Source of the DNA: Alistipes putredinis
Lineage (GTDB): Bacteria > Bacteroidota > Bacteroidia > Bacteroidales > Bacteroidaceae
Reading direction: 5' to 3'
NCBI GenBank assembly: GCA_963602765.1
Contig: CAVCKM010000094.1
Span: forward strand, 1,479-65,478
Length of the DNA: 64,000 nucleotides
The notes beneath the pieces were generated by a model. It worked only from the letters and a program-made list of their open reading frames with translations. It ran no database searches and was not told the DNA's origin. The position numbers and the translations under genes were made by a program. Of this stretch, positions 27,401 to 35,216 are shown piece by piece. Positions within the stretch are counted from its first letter, which is position 1, and each line of letters begins with the position of its first letter.

Positions 27401-27658
27401 GTGCAGGTCGTTGGCTATCACGTCCATATAGGCCTTCGAGTCCGGCAGACCGTGTGACAGTCCATAGAGTTGCGAGAGGATACGCATCTTCATCTCGTCG
27501 GTAGCCTTGTTGGTGAAGGTGACGGCGAGTATGCTACGATAGGCCTCGGGGTTGACAATGAGTAACTTGATGTACTCCACGGCGAGAGTGAAAGTCTTGC
27601 CGCTGCCGGCACTGGCCTTGAATATTGTTAGGGGAGCTGATTGTACTGACTGTTGCAA
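24401..27658 (-). CDS. AddA/RecB-like UvrD-family helicase with a C-terminal PD-(D/E)XK nuclease domain
   Basis: Walker A SAGSGKTFTL, DEFQDTS, and a C-terminal VIDFKFG nuclease motif. The start is uncertain; TTG 27658 is proposed. The track start at 27805 overlaps the divergent gene and both promoters. Confidence 0.75.
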   Translation of the reverse strand: MQQSVQSAPLTIFKASAGSGKTFTLAVEYIKLLIVNPEAYRSILAVTFTNKATDEMKMRILSQLYGLSHGLPDSKAYMDVIANDLHDSPELIRSQAARAMTNLLHNYHYFRVQTIDAFFQTVLKNMARELQLNANLRVGLNQEQVIDQAVDEIIDSLAEDKQLMGIVMEYIHDNMDADKSWNPIGSIKSFGKNIYEEEYKQNREALDQVLGNQKFFTEFKRTLNVIIREVKEKYVSKGKEGIAEMEKAGLGVTDFLYGKSGVINYFFKLAAAVFSDDIVGKRVEDAKGNPSKWGKKSTPQYEAVVNLAKSKLIPLLNEIEESRSRDYRRYNSAKITLQNINNIRLLKFIEDTSHRQNEDVQRFMLSDTQAFLREMIGEDDSPFVFEKIGAHLEHIMIDEFQDTSVVQWANFKTLLNECMSHTEPQTDERKLSQNIIVGDVKQSIYRFRSGDWRLLNDIQKEFRPEQLAFEPRLTNYRSSHNIVAFNNIFFELAAQITENIIGADASVRADAWAAQLKQAYKDVEQLIPDNKKETLSGMVHIELLTKDEMENIPVLTLDTIRFLIERGERPGDIAILTRNTKEMKELAKYIEENSDYHVISNEAFQLGASPAVRVIVNAMKVLAHPDDDISLATLVKDYQNGVIRQTADDSALYGESLWKMLPEGFSEEQRRRLLTMPLTDMAEQLIVLFSVNGQADGQAAYVNCFMDKLHEFCTNSTPVIEDFLKEWDAEIFRMSIQSSDTNGIRLLTIHKSKGLEFKHVLLPYCNWKFFSSHGTTIWVNPQVAPFSDIPVLPVTFTNKDTLKNSIYEDEGLDETVQTYVDNLNLLYVAMTRAGHSLFIFGQRDLKEGSKCDGLIQKVVEQLPKEVAGVPLHVDGLESGTITLTFGTLKDVEKKSKTASTNVFIPASTPVTVGICSYDSKGKYRQSNESRRFADDCASESDRQRMVRLGTVMHQIFSTIQTLDDLEPALQRMEFDGTLYDESLTKDELLDTLRQKFADPQVKDWFSSRWRVYNERSIILPKEGEQRPDRVITDGKETIVIDFKFGSPHPGYHEQVDTYVKLLTQMGLPNVHGYLWYISRNEIVSI

Positions 27659-27697
27659 AGTGTATGTGGCAATTATAAATTTTACTAAAATTATGAG

Positions 27698-27705
27698 CAA
27701 AGGTA
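27698..27705 (-). promoter_or_regulatory. Bacteroidota-type -7 box (TACCTTTG) for the addA-like/addB-like/rarA gene string
   Basis: Plus-strand CAAAGGTA, 40 nt upstream of the proposed TTG start at 27658. Confidence 0.4.
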
Positions 27706-27737
27706 TGATATTTTTTTGAGAAACGGCGGAAAAATTG

Positions 27738-27745
27738 TAATTTTG
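27738..27745 (+). promoter_or_regulatory. Bacteroidota-type -7 box (TAATTTTG) for the MBL-fold hydrolase gene
   Basis: Exact TAnnTTTG match 20 nt upstream of ATG 27765. Confidence 0.45.
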
Positions 27746-27764
27746 CGCAAAATACAAACTAAAA

Positions 27765-28568
27765 ATGCTGAAATTTCTGTCCTTGGGCAGTGGAAGCAGT
27801 GGCAACTGCTACTTTCTTCAGACTGCCAACGACGCCCTCCTGATTGACTCAGGCGTGGGGATACGAACTATAAAGAAATATCTACGCGAATATAACCTGA
27901 AGTTGGACGACGTCAAACGAATACTGATAACTCACGACCATGCCGATCATATACGCTCGGTGGGGGTCTTGAGCCAAGAACATAACCTGCCCGTGTACGC
28001 CATAAAGGAAGTGCATGCCGGGATACAGCGCAACTACTGCGTTACGAAGAAAGTGCCCGCCGAGAATGCCAAGATGATAGAACGTGGTGTTCGTGTCAAG
28101 TTGGGCGACTTCAGCGTAACTCCCTTTGCTGTGCCGCACGACAGTTCAGGTAACGTGGGGTATTGCCTTGAGGTGGAAGGCATCACGTTCTGTCTGATGA
28201 CAGACGTTGGCCACATCACGGAGGAGATGAAACAGTATATCGGCGAAGCGAACTATCTGGTGCTCGAGGCAAACTACGACAAGGAGATGCTTGCCAACGG
28301 TCCCTACCCGGTACACCTGAAGGAACGCATAAAGGGCGGAAACGGACACCTGTCCAATTTGGAGTGCGCTGAGGCTATAGCCAACTACGCCACGCAGAAA
28401 CTCAAGCACGTCTGGCTCTGCCATCTGAGTGAGGAGAATAACCATCCTATCCTGGCCTTGAAGACCGTCGAGCAGACACTCCGCTCCTACGGACTCATCC
28501 CTGGCAAGGACTTTATGGTGGAAGACCTCAAGCGCAAGACACCGTCGAAACTTTACGAACTGACATAA
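27765..28568 (+). CDS. MBL-fold metallo-hydrolase (YycJ-like)
   Basis: HxHxDH motif (ITHDHADHI) and typical beta-lactamase-fold spacing. Confidence 0.8.
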   Translation: MLKFLSLGSGSSGNCYFLQTANDALLIDSGVGIRTIKKYLREYNLKLDDVKRILITHDHADHIRSVGVLSQEHNLPVYAIKEVHAGIQRNYCVTKKVPAENAKMIERGVRVKLGDFSVTPFAVPHDSSGNVGYCLEVEGITFCLMTDVGHITEEMKQYIGEANYLVLEANYDKEMLANGPYPVHLKERIKGGNGHLSNLECAEAIANYATQKLKHVWLCHLSEENNHPILALKTVEQTLRSYGLIPGKDFMVEDLKRKTPSKLYELT

Positions 28569-28595
28569 AAACATTATTGCAAGAAGACAACTGAA

Positions 28596-28985
28596 ATGAA
28601 ACGCATATTTGTTACAACACTTGCCCTCGCAGGCATGACTATAGGGCTCATGGCAGCCCCGCAGGCAGAATTTGAAAAGACAACACAAAGCTTCGGGACT
28701 TTCTCGGAAAGCAGCCCGGTGCAGAAGGTCACTTTCCCGTTCAAGAACACGGGTGATGCGCCGCTCGTCATCAATCAGGCTGTTGCCTCCTGCGGTTGTA
28801 CGGTGCCGAAATACACCAAGACACCTATTAAACCTGGCGAATCGGGAGTAATCGAAGTTACATACAACGGAGCAGGGAAGTTCCCCGGTCACTTTAAGAA
28901 AGCTATCACCATAAACACCAATGGCGTCCCTAAAGCAATACGCCTCTACATAGAAGGCGACATGACGGCGGCTGACGCAAAGTAG
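28596..28985 (+). CDS. DUF1573 domain-containing secreted protein
   Basis: Signal peptide, then FxFKNTGDAPLVI...SCGCT..., which is characteristic of DUF1573. Confidence 0.7.
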   Translation: MKRIFVTTLALAGMTIGLMAAPQAEFEKTTQSFGTFSESSPVQKVTFPFKNTGDAPLVINQAVASCGCTVPKYTKTPIKPGESGVIEVTYNGAGKFPGHFKKAITINTNGVPKAIRLYIEGDMTAADAK

Positions 28986-28986
28986 T

Positions 28987-31200
28987 ATGCTATCATTCAC
29001 AAACACAGAAAAAGAACTGGCGCTCGAACTCATAGAAGACCTGCGCCACCGTGTCGCCTCCACTCTTCAAGAGGGTGACGAGGATAAATTGCGCTGTATC
29101 TTCTTCGACGTCATGAACGCCGGGAAGGTGCAGCGCGATGTTTTTGGACTCAATCCGCTGCTCCTTGCCATACAGACGGCACTCATCGCTGTGGAGGAGA
29201 TAGGGCTGCGCCGCGACGGACTCGTCGCCACACTGCTCTATCCGCTCGTGCTCGGTCAGGAGATGTCCCTTGACGAGGTGAGCAAACAGTTTGGCGAGGG
29301 ACCGCGCACCATTCTCAATGGCTTGCTGCGCATACAGGAGCTGTACAAGAAGACACCCGTCATCGAGACAGAGAACTTCCGCAACCTCCTGCTGTCCTTT
29401 GCAGAGGACATGCGCGTCATCCTTATCATGATAGCCGACCGTGTCAACATCATGCGCCAGATACGCGATGCCAGCGACAAGGAGGCACAGCAGCGTGTGG
29501 CAGAGGAGGCAAGCTATTTGTACGCCCCGCTTGCGCACAAATTGGGACTGTACAAACTCAAGAGCGAACTGGAAGACCTCTCCCTCAAGTATCTCGAGCA
29601 CGACGCCTACTATCATATAAAGGAGAAACTGTCCGCCACGAAGCGTGCCCGCGACAAGTATATCGAGGACTTCATCGGTCCGATACAGAAAAAGTTGGAG
29701 GCACTCGGGCTCAAGTTCCACATGAAGGGACGCACGAAGTCCATACACTCTATATGGCAGAAGATGAAGAAGCAGAAGTGCCCCTTCGAGGGTGTCTACG
29801 ACCTCTTTGCCATACGCATTATCCTCGACTCCGAGCTGGACAAGGAGAAGATGGAGTGCTGGCAGGTGTACAGCGTTATCACCGATATGTACCAGCCCAA
29901 TCCGAAGCGTCTGCGCGATTGGCTCTCCGTGCCCAAGAGCAACGGCTACGAGTCGCTTCACATCACCGTGCTCGGTCCGGAGAACAAATGGGTGGAAGTG
30001 CAGATACGCACGGAGAGGATGGACGAGATAGCTGAGCGCGGTCTGGCTGCCCATTGGCGCTATAAAGGCGTGAAAGGCGGTGGCGGTGGCATCGACGAGT
30101 GGCTGGCTGCCATACGCACAGCCCTGGAAGCCGGCGACGACATGCAGGTGATGGACTCCTTCCGTCGTGACCTCTACGAGGACGAGGTGTTTGTATTTAC
30201 CCCGAAGGGCGAGATACGCAAGTTCCCCGTAGGGTCTACTGTCCTCGACTTTGCCTACCGCATCCATTCGCGCATAGGCAACCAGTGTGTGGGTGGCAAG
30301 ATCAACGGCAAGACGGTGCAGATGCGTGAGGTGCTCCACTCCGGGGACACCGTGGAGATAAAGACTTCCGCCACGCAGAAACCGAAGCAGAGTTGGCTGC
30401 AAATCGTCAAGACTTCGCACGCACGTGGCAAGATACGTTTGGCTCTTAAGGAGTCGCAGGCAAACGAGGGCATCTTTGCCAAGGAACAGTTGCAGCGACG
30501 CTTCAAGAACCGCAAGATAGAACTGGACGAAAGTCTCATGCAGCAGCTTATAAAGAAGATGGGCTACAAGGAGGTGTCCGAGTTCTACGTGGCTATCACG
30601 CGCGAACAACTCGACATCAACACCGTCATCGAGCGTTACCTCGAGATGAAGCAGCGCAACGAGCAGGGCGGCAGCAACGCACAGGAAACCGTCGTGCAGT
30701 CGGCTGAAGGTTACCACTACGAGCAGCAGGCATGCGAGGTGAAGCAACGGGCGGACGACACACTGGTCATCGACCGTGGTATGCGCGGCATAGAATACAC
30801 ATTGGCCAAGTGCTGCAAGCCAATCTACGGCGACCCCATCTTCGGTTTCGTCACGGTAAGCGGCGGCATCAAGATTCACCACGAGAACTGCCCGAACGCA
30901 GCAGACCTCAAGTCGCGCTGTGGCTACCGCATCGTGCGTGCCCGTTGGAGCGGCAAGGGACAGACGCAGTACAACGTGACCCTCCGCGTGGTAGGTAACG
31001 ACGACATAACAATTGTCAACAACATAACCTCCGTTATTTCAAAAGAAGAAAAGATAACCCTCCGCGGCATCACCCTCGACAGCAACGACGGACTCTTTCA
31101 GGGCAACATCACCGTGCAGCTCGAGGATACCTCGCGTCTGGATGCTCTCATCAAGAAGATACAGGGAGTAAAGGGCGTCAGAGTGGTGCAGAGAGTGTAA
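28987..31200 (+). CDS. relA: Long RelA/SpoT-homologue (p)ppGpp synthetase, RelA-type with a degenerate HD hydrolase motif
   Basis: Synthetase core (YESLHITVLGPENKWVEVQIRT) plus TGS and ACT-like C-terminal domains. The usual LLHDV position reads LLYPLV, as in E. coli RelA. Confidence 0.9.
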   Translation: MLSFTNTEKELALELIEDLRHRVASTLQEGDEDKLRCIFFDVMNAGKVQRDVFGLNPLLLAIQTALIAVEEIGLRRDGLVATLLYPLVLGQEMSLDEVSKQFGEGPRTILNGLLRIQELYKKTPVIETENFRNLLLSFAEDMRVILIMIADRVNIMRQIRDASDKEAQQRVAEEASYLYAPLAHKLGLYKLKSELEDLSLKYLEHDAYYHIKEKLSATKRARDKYIEDFIGPIQKKLEALGLKFHMKGRTKSIHSIWQKMKKQKCPFEGVYDLFAIRIILDSELDKEKMECWQVYSVITDMYQPNPKRLRDWLSVPKSNGYESLHITVLGPENKWVEVQIRTERMDEIAERGLAAHWRYKGVKGGGGGIDEWLAAIRTALEAGDDMQVMDSFRRDLYEDEVFVFTPKGEIRKFPVGSTVLDFAYRIHSRIGNQCVGGKINGKTVQMREVLHSGDTVEIKTSATQKPKQSWLQIVKTSHARGKIRLALKESQANEGIFAKEQLQRRFKNRKIELDESLMQQLIKKMGYKEVSEFYVAITREQLDINTVIERYLEMKQRNEQGGSNAQETVVQSAEGYHYEQQACEVKQRADDTLVIDRGMRGIEYTLAKCCKPIYGDPIFGFVTVSGGIKIHHENCPNAADLKSRCGYRIVRARWSGKGQTQYNVTLRVVGNDDITIVNNITSVISKEEKITLRGITLDSNDGLFQGNITVQLEDTSRLDALIKKIQGVKGVRVVQRV

Positions 31201-31220
31201 TAAATATAAGGTAAAAAGAG

Positions 31221-32018
31221 ATGTCATTAATATTCAATCCCGTGGAGCAACCGCAGGAACTCTGTCTTGCTTTCCAAGGAAAAGATGTAGTATTGGCTTC
31301 CGATGGTAGACTGCCGTCGTTTGAAGAACTGAAGGAACTGCAGGAGAAGTGCCCGACCTACGGCTTCCTGGCAGAACCCGAGTATGGCTTCTGTGCGTTG
31401 GGCATAGAGGCAGACGCAGAACTGCCTGCAGGCTTTACCACCCAACAGGTACGTCTATACAACTACAACCGTAGCGAAGACGTATCGTTGAGAGTACTGC
31501 GTGCGAAGGCGTTACTGCACTGGCGACAGCAGCTGCAGTACTGCCCCAAGTGTGGCGCAAAGCTGACCACACCGCATCCAACGCTGACTGCGATGCAGTG
31601 CGACGGGTGCGGTGCAGTACATTTCCCGCGCCTCCAGCCCTGCATCATCGTGCTGGTCAACAAGGGCGACAAGCTCCTTCTCTGTCGTCATGTGCAACGC
31701 CATCAGACCATCTACGCCTGCGTTGCTGGATTTATGGAAGCCGGCGAGACGGCAGAACAGACCGTACACCGTGAAGTGATGGAGGAAACGGGTCTGACGA
31801 TAAAGAACCTGAAGTACTTCGGTTCGCAAAGCTGGCCCTTCCCCGCCCAACTCATGATAGCCTTCACGGCCGAATACGAGAGCGGCGAGCTACACCTGCA
31901 GGAGGACGAGATAGCCGATGCTAACTGGTACTCCATTGACAACCTGCCGTCCCTTCCTCAACCAGGCTCCATAGCCTACGAAATGATTCACGCTTTCATC
32001 CGTCAGCAGGCTAAGTGA
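31221..32018 (+). CDS. nudC: NAD+ diphosphatase (NADH pyrophosphatase), Nudix family
   Basis: Zinc ribbon CPKCG...CDGCG followed by Nudix box GFMEAGETAEQTVHREVMEETG and the SQSWPFP motif. Confidence 0.8.
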   Translation: MSLIFNPVEQPQELCLAFQGKDVVLASDGRLPSFEELKELQEKCPTYGFLAEPEYGFCALGIEADAELPAGFTTQQVRLYNYNRSEDVSLRVLRAKALLHWRQQLQYCPKCGAKLTTPHPTLTAMQCDGCGAVHFPRLQPCIIVLVNKGDKLLLCRHVQRHQTIYACVAGFMEAGETAEQTVHREVMEETGLTIKNLKYFGSQSWPFPAQLMIAFTAEYESGELHLQEDEIADANWYSIDNLPSLPQPGSIAYEMIHAFIRQQAK

Positions 32019-32047
32019 CCAAAGCGTGTTTGGATATTACGATTCTT

Positions 32048-32761
32048 TTAGTCTTTCTTGCCACCGAAAATACGGAGCAGATAGAGGAAGAGGTTCACGA
32101 AGTCGAGATACAGGGTCAGAGCTCCGAGTAGTGCCAGTTTCTGTGCCCCCTCGTCCATATAGTCGGCATCGGCGAGCATGAGCTTGATCTTCTGTGTATC
32201 CCATGCGGTGAGACCTACAAAGATGACCACCCCGACGTAACTGGTGATATAGCTGACCATCGGACTGTGCAGGAATATATTTACCACCGTCGCAATAATC
32301 AGTCCAAAGAGAGCCATATACAGCATCTTTCCCACGGAGGACAGGTCTGTCTTGGTTAACAAGCCGTACGCCGACATGACCCCGAACGTGCCTGCACAGA
32401 TAAAGAACGTAGAGGCGATGGACGATGCCGTGTATGCCAGGAAGATGGCCGACATCGTAATGCCGTTGAGCACCGAGTACGCTATGAACATTAGCGTGCC
32501 GGTCAGCAGCGACAGCTTGTTGATACGGGCGGAGAGAATCAGCACCAACGCCAATTCTGCACCTATCAACCCATAGAACGTCAGTCGGCTTCCAAACACC
32601 AGTTCGATAAAGTGAGGGTTGGTAGCCACACCGTACGCCGTAATTCCAGTGATGGCAAGTGCCAGAGCCATCCACGTATACACTTTCCTGATTAGCGCAG
32701 GAACAGAAACGGAGCGTCCTTCCGACTGCTCCACTTGTCTGTAAAATTCATCAAGTTCCAT
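32048..32761 (-). CDS. Bax inhibitor-1/YccA family membrane protein
   Basis: 237 aa with seven predicted TM helices and a typical C-terminus ...LYLDFVNLFLYLLRIFG. Confidence 0.8.
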   Translation of the reverse strand: MELDEFYRQVEQSEGRSVSVPALIRKVYTWMALALAITGITAYGVATNPHFIELVFGSRLTFYGLIGAELALVLILSARINKLSLLTGTLMFIAYSVLNGITMSAIFLAYTASSIASTFFICAGTFGVMSAYGLLTKTDLSSVGKMLYMALFGLIIATVVNIFLHSPMVSYITSYVGVVIFVGLTAWDTQKIKLMLADADYMDEGAQKLALLGALTLYLDFVNLFLYLLRIFGGKKD

Positions 32762-32916
32762 TTTTTCTTTTCAATTAATAGTGAGTTGTAAGTCGATTTT
32801 ATTGCGAGAAATCGCCTGTAAAGGTATACGCCGTCTACCTTTTAAAGCGTTTTCTTGCAAATTTAGACACTTCTTGACCTAAAAAAATTGCAGATGAGTA
32901 TAACGAAATCGGGCGT

Positions 32917-33870
32917 TTAGACCATGCAGGAGTAGTGGTCTACTACACCGAGGACGTGGCGGGAGTCGTCCGTGACCAGCACCATGTGTATCTTGTTCTT
33001 TTGCATCACCTTCAGTATGTCCGTTACTTTCGTTGACAAGGAGACACACTTAGGGGTGCGGGTCATTATGTCGCTGACTGTATGGTCGAAGAAGGCTGCC
33101 TGCCATTTCTCCATGGCACGTCGGATGTCGCCGTCCGTAATTATGCCGGCAAGGGTGTTGTCGTCTGTCAACGAGATGCCCAGACCGAGTCTTCCGGCGC
33201 TGACGCGTATGATGGCTTGTCCGAGGTGCATGTCCTCGGGGATGATGGGCAGGTCCTCCGAACGCATTACGTCGGCGGCTGTGGTGAGCAGACGCTTGCC
33301 CAGCGAACCGCCGGGGTGGAACTGTGCGAAGTCGCGCGGCTGAAAATTGCGTAGTTCCATGAGGGCTATGGCAAGGGCGTCGCCCATGGCGAGGGCTGCT
33401 GTCGTACTGCTGGTAGGGGCGAGGTTGAGCGGACACGCCTCTTTCTTGACCTTGACATTGACGTGGCAGGTGGAGTATTTGGCAAGGAGAGAGTCGGGAT
33501 TGCCGCTCATGCCTATAATCTTTGCCTGCATGTGCAGTATCATTGGGATAAAGCGCAGCAGCTCGTCGGTCTGTCCGCTATTGCTGAGGGCGAGTACTAC
33601 ATCGTCTGACGTGATGACACCCAAGTCGCCGTGATACACGTCGAGGGGATTGACGAAGACTGCGGGTGTGCCTGTGCTGGATAGCGTGGCGGCTATTTTT
33701 GCGCCTACGTTGCCGCTCTTGCCGACTCCCGTGACGATGACTTTTCCCTTGCATTGGAGCATCAGTTCGACGGCTTGCTCGAAGCCTTTGTCCAGTTGGG
33801 GGATGAGGTCAAGGATGGCTTGCCCTTCGTCTTGTAGTGCCTGTGTAGCTATTTCGAGAATTGTCTTCAT
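32917..33870 (-). CDS. kdsD: KpsF/GutQ family arabinose-5-phosphate isomerase (SIS + tandem CBS)
   Basis: SIS motif VTGVGKSG followed by two CBS domains. Adjacent to kdsA. Confidence 0.85.
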   Translation of the reverse strand: MKTILEIATQALQDEGQAILDLIPQLDKGFEQAVELMLQCKGKVIVTGVGKSGNVGAKIAATLSSTGTPAVFVNPLDVYHGDLGVITSDDVVLALSNSGQTDELLRFIPMILHMQAKIIGMSGNPDSLLAKYSTCHVNVKVKKEACPLNLAPTSSTTAALAMGDALAIALMELRNFQPRDFAQFHPGGSLGKRLLTTAADVMRSEDLPIIPEDMHLGQAIIRVSAGRLGLGISLTDDNTLAGIITDGDIRRAMEKWQAAFFDHTVSDIMTRTPKCVSLSTKVTDILKVMQKNKIHMVLVTDDSRHVLGVVDHYSCMV

Positions 33871-33886
33871 AGGGAAGTTGGCGGAT

Positions 33887-34651
<765 letters not shown>

Positions 34652-34700
34652 ATATATAATGTATAAAAGGGCTGATAACTAAAGGGTATGAGGGACGGTA

Positions 34701-35165
34701 CTACTTCTTCCAGAATCGATGGGTGATGTCGGTAAGTTTGCCGTTGCGTCCTACATGGTACAGCCGTTGGTTTGTTGTAGGTTTGTTGAGCGGACCATGC
34801 GACTCGAGGTATGGTCCCAACTTGATGTAGTCGAAGTGCTTAAGGTTGATGTCTGGGGAGAGCAGAGCCCTTCCGCTGTACCACCCTACAGCGAGGTGTG
34901 GCCAATGGGTCTTAATCCAAGCGGCGAGGTCGTCGACAGCTTTTGTTTCTGCGTCGCCGCCCATGAGACAGACGCACGTGATGTCGTCGCCGTACTGTCG
35001 GAGCAGCTCGCCCATCGACATGGCGTTCAGCGGGTCCCCGATGTCCTCCCAGAGGTACTGGCTGTGGCAACCGGGACAATGGCAGGGACAACCGGATATA
35101 TTGACGGAGAGCGTGACCTCGTCAGGAATTTCCTGAAAGACCACGCCCGTGTTTACGTATTTCAA
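34701..35165 (-). CDS. nrdG: Anaerobic ribonucleoside-triphosphate reductase activating protein (radical SAM)
   Basis: Cys cluster GCPCHCPGCHS, 154 aa, immediately downstream of nrdD. The start appears to be TTG (35163-35165), because no in-frame ATG is available. Confidence 0.85.
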   Translation of the reverse strand: MKYVNTGVVFQEIPDEVTLSVNISGCPCHCPGCHSQYLWEDIGDPLNAMSMGELLRQYGDDITCVCLMGGDAETKAVDDLAAWIKTHWPHLAVGWYSGRALLSPDINLKHFDYIKLGPYLESHGPLNKPTTNQRLYHVGRNGKLTDITHRFWKK

Positions 35166-35216
35166 ATGTATGTGTGTTCAATTATGGTTTAGCTTTACAG
35201 TACACTCTGTGTTCTC

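Noticed and set aside
28993-30882. 629-aa ORF on the - strand
   Set aside because: It is antisense to the clearly recognisable RelA/SpoT gene, has no motifs, and looks like a shadow ORF.
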